Origin: a virus
Taxonomy: Duplodnaviria; Heunggongvirae; Uroviricota; Caudoviricetes
IMG/VR virus record: IMGVR_UViG_3300029509_000119
Location: 127,909 to 169,862 of that record
Direction: 5' to 3' (one strand)
Length of the DNA stretch: 41,954 bases
Shown here: piece by piece, positions 9,198-17,022 of the stretch
How positions within the stretch are numbered: position 1 is the stretch's first letter
Layout of the letters: every line of letters begins with the position of its first letter
Notes under the pieces: model-generated
Database searches by the model: none
What the model saw: only the letters and a program-made list of their open reading frames with translations
What the model was told of the DNA's origin: nothing
Position numbers and translations under genes: made by a program

Positions 9198-11804
9198 ATG
9201 TCTGAGCAGGATGATTTTCTGATTGGCAACAACCGGTTGGACGAGTCCCTTCTGATGGACATGTCCGACATGCCAGTGGAGCAGTCCGCCGCTAAACCGG
9301 CGAACAGGAGAGGAAAATCCACGGCGAAGCGGAACGCCTCTTCGACTGCGAGGAAGCGAAACGGTGAGACGGCGAAACAGTCGAACGGCGAAACATCTTC
9401 ACAAGACGATATTGAAACGGCGAAACAGCGAAACGGCGTACAGGACGAGCGGGAGAATGCCGTACCGTCAGATGATGCGAAGCAGTTCGACGCCACGCCG
9501 CGCCCACGTTTTAACAGTCAACCAGTGGAACCGGTTGATGTAAAACCGGTAAGCCAGCAGAATAGTGAAACGGTTGACGAGGATTCCATTGATATTGACA
9601 GTCTGTTGGAAGACCCGTGGGGTTCCCCGACCGACACTGGCGAAACGGTCGGACGGAACGCCGTTTCGCCAGTGGAACAGTCCGTTATCGTAAATAGTGC
9701 GCAGGTGGAGCGTTTTGACGGCGAAGCATCTAACCAGTCTAGCGGCAAGCAGGATAGCCAATTCGCCCGAACACAGGAACGACAGTCTTACGGAGGAACG
9801 GCAAAACAGCAAGACGCCACGCCGGAAAAGCAGGAAAGCAATACAGCGGCGCAACAGGACGACGGTGACATAGACCCGTTCGCCATGTGGGACATGCAGG
9901 AGCAGTCCGATGCTTCCGCAGTGGGACAGCAGAACAGTGAAACGGTGAACCAGCAGACAGGAGGACAGTCTGAACAGGATTCCATCTGGCAGATGGAGGA
10001 TGAGCCGCTACAGGCGGCATCGCAAAAGCCTACGATTTCAAACGGGCGGCAGGACAGTCAGGCGGATATTTGGAATATTGATTCGCCGGAACAACAGTAC
10101 GCCGACAATCAGCCACACCAACCGAACGGCGCGACGGCGAACAGGCAAGATGATGATTTATGGAATACTGGCGGACAGGCGGACAGGCGAAACGGTATAT
10201 CTGAACAGCAGTTAGATGGCGGTCAGCCGTTCTGGCAGGACGGCGAACAGGATATTCCGGAGGGCAATCCGGTAGGCGAACCGGCTCGACAGTCAAATGG
10301 AGAAACGGCGAACAGGCAGGACGGCGAGCAAGACATCTGGGGTGACGTGTCCGATGTTCAACCTGTTCGGCAGTACGACGGCGGACTGGAACGCCAGTCA
10401 GACAGTGGACAGGATATTTGGGGCGATAATCGAACCGGCGAAACGGCGAACCAGTCAGGCGTCACACCGGAAAACCAACAATCCGATGAACCGGATATTT
10501 GGGGGAGTGGCGACGACAATTCGCCGTATGGACAGAGCGCCTCGCCGGTAGTCTACGATGACATTTGGGGCGACGAGATTCCCATTCAACAGGACGAACA
10601 GTCCGGCGTGGAACCGGCGCACCAGTCAAACGGCGAAATGTCGGAACAGTCGGACGAGAACAGTGAAGCCTATCCGGACGACGACTTCCACCGGAGGAAC
10701 AGTATCTTCAATGACAAGCGTGGAGAACCGTGGCGGGAGGACGATTCCGGCAATCAGCAACCTTCGCAACAACTACAGACGGCGGCATCTTCGGATGATG
10801 ATGGTCTTTGGGACAACATTGAAACGGCGAACCAGTCGGACAGTATGCCGTCAGACCAGTATTCTGGTTTTCCGCCGCAACAATTCGACGGCGAACTGCC
10901 TGAATATGCGGACGATACGGACGCCGACAACGCTTCGGGCGATGACGGAAACGGTGGGGGAATCCGCCGAATCATCATCATGGTCGTCGTGATTCTAGCA
11001 GGAGTCGCATTCTTGTGCGGTGGCGGATATTACGCGTATTCGACGTATGCGCACGCGCAGGCGGAGAAGTCCCGTCAAATCGAAGTCCAGAAGAAGCAGG
11101 ATTCGCTTACCAAGGCTCAGAACGATTGGGGCAGGCGCGTATCCGACTCCAAAAACCTAATCAAGGAAATCAAGGACAGTCTTGTGAAGGATGACAAGAC
11201 CACGTTGGGGGAGTGCGACAAGCTAGGCAAGGCCGCTGAGGGCAGTCCGATGACCGAAGAGGCAATCGACGGGAAACTCAAGGCGTTGAACGCGCAATAC
11301 AAGGCGACCGATGACGCATACCGGAAGGCGTTGCAGTCGAAGAGTACGGACGTGTCCGACAGGTTGAAGAACCTCATCGATCAAGCCGGGAAACTGGGCG
11401 ACGCGCCCGACTCGTCCGACAAGGACACGATGAACAGTCTCGTCAAACAGTGGAAGGACAAGACCGTGAACGTCAGGAACGTGGCGGACGCGGACAAGGC
11501 GGCGTCCAGTCTGCAATCCGCAGTGGACAAGGTCAATAAGGCTAAGACCGACGCGGACAATGCGAAGAAGGCGGAGGAGGAGGCCAAGAGGAAGGCCGAG
11601 GAGGAAGCTCAGGCGCAGGCGCAACAACAGCAGCAATCCCAGCAGACGTATACGCCGCAACGTCAATACACGTACACTTATACGCCGCAACGTCAGTATA
11701 CGGCTCCGAGGCAACAGCAGTCCACGCCATCCGCTCCGGCTGCTCCGTCCACACCATCCCAACCGTCTACGGGTGGCGATGGCAACAGTGGCGTGATGTT
11801 CTAA
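9198..11804 (+). CDS. Bitopic membrane protein with long acidic low-complexity repeat N-terminus and C-terminal coiled coil
   Basis: 868 aa with repeated QSNGETANQ-like and DIW motifs, a single TM (IIIMVVVILAGVAFL), an A/K/E-rich coiled coil and a Q/P-rich tail. GGAGG RBS. Confidence 0.8.
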   Translation: MSEQDDFLIGNNRLDESLLMDMSDMPVEQSAAKPANRRGKSTAKRNASSTARKRNGETAKQSNGETSSQDDIETAKQRNGVQDERENAVPSDDAKQFDATPRPRFNSQPVEPVDVKPVSQQNSETVDEDSIDIDSLLEDPWGSPTDTGETVGRNAVSPVEQSVIVNSAQVERFDGEASNQSSGKQDSQFARTQERQSYGGTAKQQDATPEKQESNTAAQQDDGDIDPFAMWDMQEQSDASAVGQQNSETVNQQTGGQSEQDSIWQMEDEPLQAASQKPTISNGRQDSQADIWNIDSPEQQYADNQPHQPNGATANRQDDDLWNTGGQADRRNGISEQQLDGGQPFWQDGEQDIPEGNPVGEPARQSNGETANRQDGEQDIWGDVSDVQPVRQYDGGLERQSDSGQDIWGDNRTGETANQSGVTPENQQSDEPDIWGSGDDNSPYGQSASPVVYDDIWGDEIPIQQDEQSGVEPAHQSNGEMSEQSDENSEAYPDDDFHRRNSIFNDKRGEPWREDDSGNQQPSQQLQTAASSDDDGLWDNIETANQSDSMPSDQYSGFPPQQFDGELPEYADDTDADNASGDDGNGGGIRRIIIMVVVILAGVAFLCGGGYYAYSTYAHAQAEKSRQIEVQKKQDSLTKAQNDWGRRVSDSKNLIKEIKDSLVKDDKTTLGECDKLGKAAEGSPMTEEAIDGKLKALNAQYKATDDAYRKALQSKSTDVSDRLKNLIDQAGKLGDAPDSSDKDTMNSLVKQWKDKTVNVRNVADADKAASSLQSAVDKVNKAKTDADNAKKAEEEAKRKAEEEAQAQAQQQQQSQQTYTPQRQYTYTYTPQRQYTAPRQQQSTPSAPAAPSTPSQPSTGGDGNSGVMF
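9321..10895 (+). repeat. Degenerate 8-bp-period repeat field (core AAACGGCG / ACGGCGAA)
   Basis: 12 exact ACGGCGAA copies on the + strand, plus in-phase runs such as AAACGGTG AGACGGCG AAACAGTC GAACGGCG AAACATCT (9359-9398). Confidence 0.8.
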
Positions 11805-11825
11805 CGCGATTAGAGTAGAGGGAAG

Positions 11826-11869
11826 TGTGACATTCTCCCCCGCCTCCACAGGCGGGGGAGAATGTCACA
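11826..11869. repeat. Perfect 20-bp inverted repeat between convergent genes (terminator-like, possible IS200/IS605 end remnant)
   Basis: TGTGACATTCTCCCCCGCCT-CCAC-AGGCGGGGGAGAATGTCACA, with no U-tract. Confidence 0.8.
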
Positions 11870-11922
11870 GCGGACACGACAGCCCAACGTTCGGGTTTGA
11901 GCGAAAGGCATACGACATACAT

Positions 11923-12189
11923 TCAAACCGTTGCGAGGTAACGGTCAAGCGCCTCTCGATATATTACTGCTGGCTTGACACCTTTGCTGCGGGCTATGGA
12001 AGCGACACGTTGCGTGTCGACGGCATTGTAGACGACCGTCACGCGTCGCTTCCCTACCGAATCGATATGCGACCCCGTGTAGACCTTGCCGTCCTCGCTC
12101 GCGTAGTCGCCGGACTCGTAAGGCGCTGCCAAGGCGTCCAGTTTCTCGTCGGTGAGGCCGTGCTTTTTCATGTACTCGGAAACGTTCAT
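11923..12189 (-). CDS. Putative type II antitoxin with C-terminal ribbon-helix-helix (CopG/BrnA-like)
   Basis: RVTVVY...VASIARSKGVKPAVIYREALDRYL RHH-like C-terminus, GAGG RBS, immediately downstream of the toxin-like gene. Confidence 0.65.
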   Translation of the reverse strand: MNVSEYMKKHGLTDEKLDALAAPYESGDYASEDGKVYTGSHIDSVGKRRVTVVYNAVDTQRVASIARSKGVKPAVIYREALDRYLATV

Positions 12190-12193
12190 GTGT

Positions 12194-12454
12194 TCACCTC
12201 TCCATTCCAAGTTCGCGTAGTGTCTTGCCGCTGGGCGGGGTCATGCCGTGGAATACGAAGAAAAAATCGTCGTTCTCGTCGTATTGGTAGACCAGTTCCA
12301 CGAGGCGTCCACGGCCATCAAGTCCAACGGCAAGCCATTCGCCCGACGGACGTTGCTTGTATCTGAGCATCCCGCGCATGGCTGTAGCCACATCGTCGGG
12401 TGTGACATCAGGATGGCGCTTCGTGATTCTCGGGTGCACGCCGATGGAACTCAT
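12194..12454 (-). CDS. Putative type II toxin (BrnT/RelE-fold RNase-like)
   Basis: 86 aa; pattern KRHPDV..DDV..A, WLAVGLDGRGRLVELVY, FVFHGM; toxin-before-RHH gene order. Confidence 0.6.
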   Translation of the reverse strand: MSSIGVHPRITKRHPDVTPDDVATAMRGMLRYKQRPSGEWLAVGLDGRGRLVELVYQYDENDDFFFVFHGMTPPSGKTLRELGMER

Positions 12455-12460
12455 ATGCCT

Positions 12461-12498
12461 CCTTCCGGTATGATATGCAATCATATCATACCGGAAGG
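12461..12498. promoter_or_regulatory. 17-bp perfect inverted repeat: probable TA operator overlapping the toxin RBS
   Basis: CCTTCCGGTATGATATG-CAAT-CATATCATACCGGAAGG; one arm overlaps the GGAAGGAGG Shine-Dalgarno and it contains a TATGAT -10-like hexamer. Confidence 0.7.
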
Positions 12499-12515
12499 TT
12501 TGTTAGGAGAAGAGG

Positions 12516-13625
12516 TCACCATTCGGTGTCCGCGCCGTCATCGAAGTCGGAATCGTAGTCGGCTTCCGGTTCCGGTTCCACCGGCTTGCGGGATTTGCGC
12601 GGTCGGGGAGCGGGAGCAGTCTCTTCTTCGTCTTCCTCAACCTCGTAATCCTCTTCCGGTTCGACGGGCTTCGTCTTGCGGGTGGTCTTGGTCTTGCGAC
12701 GTGGCTTCGGAGTCTCCTCCTCGTCCTCGTAGTTTCCATCGTCTTCCGGTTCCGGTTCTACTGGCTTGCGGGGCTTACGACGTGGCTTCGGAGACTCTTC
12801 TTCGTCTTCCTCACCGTCATACTCGTCAACATTGGAGCCGGAACGAAGCTTGACACGCTTGTTCCACGGGTCGTCGCCGGACTCGTAATCCGGCACCATG
12901 CGGTCACGCCAAGCAACCATTTCGGCAATCTGCTCTTCGGTGAACGCATCCTCAAGGGACATGATTCCAGCCGGAGTGCCGCCGCCGATAATCACGACGC
13001 TTTTGACTCGTCCGGTGACGCCCTGACCAATCTTGGCCTGATGCCAGCCGGAGAGACGCAGTACGGCGCTTGCGTACTGTCCCGCATACACCTTGTCCTT
13101 CCAGAAGTCGAGTCGGCGTTCGTACTCTTCAACGGAGTCGGGGTCTTCCTCGTTCACGGTGAAATGCTTCGGCATGGGGTGGAGGATGTTCTTGTCATCG
13201 ACCCAGCCGACGCTTGGCGGTTCGGTGGCTCGTGACTTGGCAGAGAGCATGTATTTGCCCTTCAAGGAGGAGTCGCGTTCGGACATGACGACCAGTTCGC
13301 CGGTGTCCTTGTCCTCGACTTCCTCCGTGTCGCAATCGACCAGTGCGAAGTGTATTGCCGCACGCTTGTCGAACATGCGCTTCGACTTCAGTTCCTCGAT
13401 GTACGCGGACTGATAGTCGGAAATCTTCTTGATGGTCTCACGGTCGCGGCGCTTGTCGAGAATCGCTCGGAACATGTAGGACGGTTTGCTTGGGGTCTTG
13501 TCCTTGTTCTTGTCGTCGTCGCTCTGCTTGAACACGTAGGGTTCGAACAGGGAGCAGCGTCCCAGAGTGATGTGCGGGAGGAACACGTCGAGCGTGGACG
13601 GTACGGAATTCGATGGTTCTGCCAT
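12516..13625 (-). CDS. Single-stranded DNA-binding protein, T7 gp2.5/DUF2815-like, with long acidic repetitive tail
   Basis: SLFEP...PSYMFRAILDK, VYAGQYASAVLRL, GVTGRVKSVVI pattern. Acidic tail ends in an aromatic residue (DTEW). AAGGAG RBS. Confidence 0.65.
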   Translation of the reverse strand: MAEPSNSVPSTLDVFLPHITLGRCSLFEPYVFKQSDDDKNKDKTPSKPSYMFRAILDKRRDRETIKKISDYQSAYIEELKSKRMFDKRAAIHFALVDCDTEEVEDKDTGELVVMSERDSSLKGKYMLSAKSRATEPPSVGWVDDKNILHPMPKHFTVNEEDPDSVEEYERRLDFWKDKVYAGQYASAVLRLSGWHQAKIGQGVTGRVKSVVIIGGGTPAGIMSLEDAFTEEQIAEMVAWRDRMVPDYESGDDPWNKRVKLRSGSNVDEYDGEEDEEESPKPRRKPRKPVEPEPEDDGNYEDEEETPKPRRKTKTTRKTKPVEPEEDYEVEEDEEETAPAPRPRKSRKPVEPEPEADYDSDFDDGADTEW

Positions 13626-13825
13626 TTTTGGTTTTCTCCTTTTCGTTTACTCCCGTGTCACGGTCGGACTTCAACCTTTTCCATTGCGGGAATGGTCGGA
13701 GCTTGCTGTGGCATGTGTGGGGAGATTCGGTTCTTATATGTGGACGCACCCAAGTATAGGTCATATCTGAACTATTACAAAATCAAGCGTGTTCCCTTAT
13801 ATTCCAATACTTCTCGACATTAACT

Positions 13826-13864
13826 ACTATACAATTTGGTTCAAATATGAACCAATGCTATAGT
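13826..13864. promoter_or_regulatory. Symmetric divergent promoter pair / XRE operator
   Basis: ACTATA-CAAT-TTGGTTCA-AATA-TGAACCAA-TGC-TATAGT gives TTGGTT-17-TATAGT on + and TTGGTT-18-TATAGT on -. Confidence 0.6.
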
Positions 13865-13895
13865 TGTGTTGAAACTTGTAGGAAGGGAGTTGTTT

Positions 13896-14591
13896 TTGAA
13901 TTTGAATACATGCCGTTGTTCCTCTAGTTCAAACTGCATCTCACTGCGCAACCTCCGAATACAAGCAGGAAAAACACAGGCCGAAACGGCCGAAATACTG
14001 GACGTGTCAACAAGCACATACAAACGGTGGGAAAAAAACCCGCTCGACATGCCGCACGGCATGTGGCTGGAAACCGTCCAATATTTGGAAATGTCCGCAC
14101 AAATCAGAAAGAAGGCCAGAATGGCGACCGAATATCCCAAGCAGAAAGTCGAATACGTTCCCCCGGCAAGCGAGGAGGAACTGGCCGAAGAACGAAAATC
14201 CTACACCGTGCCGATTCCCGACGACCTGCCCGACATCTTCACCCCATCCAAGCCCGTCACCAACGAGCAGACAATCGCATGGGAATGCCGCAACATCGAA
14301 CCATATCCGGGCTATGCGGAAGAGTACGCCGCATGGGAGGACGCATGGGAGAACATCAACCGCGCTCAGGCGGAGGCCGACGGCAACCACTACAACTACG
14401 TGGACAACATGAACCTCCAGCCGGAGTTCGACCCGCAGACCGACGCGCCCATCGACTATGAGGAGCCGACCATCTTCCAGAACGCCGAAACTAACAAGGT
14501 CGAAGTGCACCTGCCCTACGAGGACGAGGTCAAGGCCGACGCCGAAGCCCGTGGAGAGGACACGTCCGTCACCGGAGACGAAGAGGAGTGA
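13896..14591 (+). CDS. XRE-family HTH protein with acidic C-terminal domain
   Basis: SLRNLRIQAGKTQAETAEILDVSTSTYKRWE HTH_3 pattern. TTG start after AGGGAG (start uncertain). Confidence 0.75.
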   Translation: MNLNTCRCSSSSNCISLRNLRIQAGKTQAETAEILDVSTSTYKRWEKNPLDMPHGMWLETVQYLEMSAQIRKKARMATEYPKQKVEYVPPASEEELAEERKSYTVPIPDDLPDIFTPSKPVTNEQTIAWECRNIEPYPGYAEEYAAWEDAWENINRAQAEADGNHYNYVDNMNLQPEFDPQTDAPIDYEEPTIFQNAETNKVEVHLPYEDEVKADAEARGEDTSVTGDEEE

Positions 14592-14598
14592 CACTCTC

Positions 14599-15501
14599 AT
14601 GAGCCAAGCGGAACTCATCGACGCGACCGACGAGGAGTACTTCGCCATGGACGCGCTCGACCAAAGCCAGCTGAAAGCGTTCCTGAAGAACCCGAAGGAA
14701 TGGGCCTACGACCGGCTATTGGGCGACCATACGCAGACGGACGCGATGCGGTTCGGAACCGCATTCCACGCCTACCTGTTGGACACCAGCGAGGTCGTCT
14801 GCCTTGACGAGGGGCAGACGTTCCAAAGCAAGGCCAACAAGGAATGGCGGGACGCGCAGGAGGCGATGGGCAACATCGTCGTATCCTACAAGGACATGCA
14901 GCTGTTGAAGCGCATGAAGCAGAACATCATCGACTCCCGCCCCGACATGTACGACCTCATCGGCAAGGGCACCTGCGAACAGTGCATCGTGTGGACGGAC
15001 GACGACACCGGATTGGAACTGAAAGCCAAACCGGATTTGATTCCGACCGGCGTGGACTATCTCGTGGACCTGAAGACCGCGAGCAGTGCCAGCGCCCAAG
15101 ACTTCCACAAGCACGTCATCGACTACGGCTACCACATTCAGGCGTCGTTCTACCGTCAGGCGGTTGCGAACTGTCCGAAGGAGGCGTTCAAACGCACCAA
15201 ACGCAAGCCGGTGGCCATGCAGTTCTGGGTGTTCGAGAAGACCGGCGCATGCGACTGGCAGCCGTTCAGCATCAGCGCCGACAATCCGATTACCAGAATC
15301 GCTGGAATGTCCATCAACGCTGCCCTGCACGGCATAGCCGAGTTGAGGGACAAGGCCGAGGCCGACGGTGGTTACGGCACGGGCATCGACGCGGCGGCGA
15401 AGTATGCGCTCAGTAACGGCGGCTATGACAAGACCATGAAGGAAGTCGAATTCACCGCATGGGACATGACCGACGCGCAGAACTTCGCCATGATTGACTA
15501 G
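14599..15501 (+). CDS. RecE/exonuclease VIII-like PD-(D/E)XK nuclease (DUF3799-like)
   Basis: Motifs EEYFA..ALDQSQLK, AMRFGTAFHAYLL, EQCIVW.DDDTGLELKAKPD, LVDLKT, YGYHIQASFY. GAGGAG RBS. Confidence 0.85.
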   Translation: MSQAELIDATDEEYFAMDALDQSQLKAFLKNPKEWAYDRLLGDHTQTDAMRFGTAFHAYLLDTSEVVCLDEGQTFQSKANKEWRDAQEAMGNIVVSYKDMQLLKRMKQNIIDSRPDMYDLIGKGTCEQCIVWTDDDTGLELKAKPDLIPTGVDYLVDLKTASSASAQDFHKHVIDYGYHIQASFYRQAVANCPKEAFKRTKRKPVAMQFWVFEKTGACDWQPFSISADNPITRIAGMSINAALHGIAELRDKAEADGGYGTGIDAAAKYALSNGGYDKTMKEVEFTAWDMTDAQNFAMID

Positions 15502-15541
15502 TTTTTCCGACTTCCAACATCAGATTGAAACTTGACATCGG

Positions 15542-15579
15542 GAGAGTGGCTGTTCCTAGGAACAGCCACTCTCTTTTTT
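15542..15579 (+). terminator. Intrinsic terminator after the exonuclease gene
   Basis: Perfect palindrome GAGAGTGGCTGTTCCTAGGAACAGCCACTCTC followed by TTTTTT. Confidence 0.85.
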
Positions 15580-15770
15580 CTAATGCCGTAGGTTAGAAGG
15601 GATTAACACCACCGTCGTCCTTTGTGACGGTCTTGCCATCGGACTCCATGGCGGGGCGTCCTTGCCGCATGCCTCCAACTGGCGTATGGAACTCTTGCAC
15701 GGGTTCACTGTAGAGGTTGTTTTTGACGTTTTAGAGGTGGTTTTTAGTGTGATGAAACGGTGAAAATCTC

Positions 15771-15861
15771 TGGGAGGTACTGCGATGGAATCTGGAGCTT
15801 TTGTGAAAAACCGGTAATACTGCTGGGAGTTACTGCGATGAAATTGGGAGATACTGCGATG
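15771..15861. repeat. Three 17-bp direct repeats TGGGAGNTACTGCGATG downstream of repA
   Basis: Copies at 15771, 15824 and 15845 (spacings 53 and 21). Confidence 0.75.
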
Positions 15862-15996
15862 CAGACAGCCTTTCACGCTTACTGTCACAACGGTTTTCAG
15901 CACCCACATAAAAAGCTTTTTTGAAAAATATTCCAACAGACCTTTTCAGCCGGTTCCTCTAAAAAAGCCCACCCTTCCGGTGCCCCTCTCTTTTCG

Positions 15997-16905
15997 TCAG
16001 AATGGGTTTCCCTCGCTTGCATCCACTTCGGCGGCATCATTCGCGTCGAAGTCGTGCTCACGTTTTGAGTTCAGCGAACTTCCGCAGGGAAACACAGTTA
16101 ATCCGTTACGACCGCAGACGACCTTGATTTCAGGCCATGCCGCGCATACTTTGCGCATAGCCTCACGGAATCTTTGCTTAAAGGAACGCATCGGCGTGGA
16201 CGCCATATCGAATTGCGGTTTGAGGAAGCACCACGGAATAAACAACGGTTTCCTTAAGCCATAAGTCCTGTAGGCAAGCCACTGGTAGATATCCAAGGCC
16301 CTTGCCGACTTCCCCAGTTCCAAGATGATTCTCTTGTTCAACGGAACCGGATTGTCCGTGAACATGCTCCACATCTCTTCCGAAAACTGGATGTAGGAGG
16401 AAGGGTCTCCATCGTCCTTGAACCCCGGATAGTCGAAATTGGAATTGTTGAAACGCAGATGAAAGTGGCTGACGAGCCGCAGATTGCGACCTTCCGTGAA
16501 ACGTTTCCCGTTGGGGCTTTCACCGGTCAGGGAGACCGTGAAAGTCGTTCCAGACAGGCATAGAAGCGACTGTTCGACATCTTTTAGGTCTGTTCCGTTG
16601 CCTAGTCCGACTTCCTTGCAGAAAGCATGGAAGGATTTGTCTAGTTTGACGATATGGTTTTCCATGTCCACTTTGTCTGAGTTTGTTTGCACCAGAGAAC
16701 GGACGTAAATCAGGAACAGACGTGGCGTCTTTCCGTATGTCCAACCCCATATCGACTGCATCACAGCCACAGATACTTGCCCGTTGGTCCTTTCCACGAA
16801 TCGTTCATCACCGGGGTTTTTAATGGGGAACATGGCTATCTGGGACATGAAGCTGGGGGAGTAGCTGATGTCTTTGTTGTTAACGGTTGGTGTATTATCG
16901 GTCAT
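15997..16905 (-). CDS. repA: Plasmid replication initiator protein (RepA_C family)
   Basis: Motifs YGKTPRLFLIY, LGKSARALDIYQWLAYR, IPW..LKPQF, FKQRFREAMRKV..AWP; adjacent iteron array. Confidence 0.85.
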   Translation of the reverse strand: MTDNTPTVNNKDISYSPSFMSQIAMFPIKNPGDERFVERTNGQVSVAVMQSIWGWTYGKTPRLFLIYVRSLVQTNSDKVDMENHIVKLDKSFHAFCKEVGLGNGTDLKDVEQSLLCLSGTTFTVSLTGESPNGKRFTEGRNLRLVSHFHLRFNNSNFDYPGFKDDGDPSSYIQFSEEMWSMFTDNPVPLNKRIILELGKSARALDIYQWLAYRTYGLRKPLFIPWCFLKPQFDMASTPMRSFKQRFREAMRKVCAAWPEIKVVCGRNGLTVFPCGSSLNSKREHDFDANDAAEVDASEGNPF

Positions 16906-17022
16906 GAAACCACCTCTTGACGGTTTTATCGCCTCTCTGTTTTGCTGAATCTCGCAGGGAGGCTTTTTGTTTTACTCTAGGTCTTGGCTTGTATTTTACA
17001 GGTTGTTAGTAACAATTCTGGC

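Noticed and set aside
7199..9496. Minus-strand ORFs of 357 and 385 aa
   Set aside because: Shadows of the FtsK gene and the repeat-protein gene.
11827..12853. Plus-strand ORFs of 179 and 201 aa
   Set aside because: They overlap the TA pair and SSB tail on the opposite strand, and the first starts inside a palindrome.
15580..15936. 118-aa minus-strand ORF downstream of repA
   Set aside because: No convincing RBS, atypical composition, and it overlaps the repeat region; more likely non-coding.
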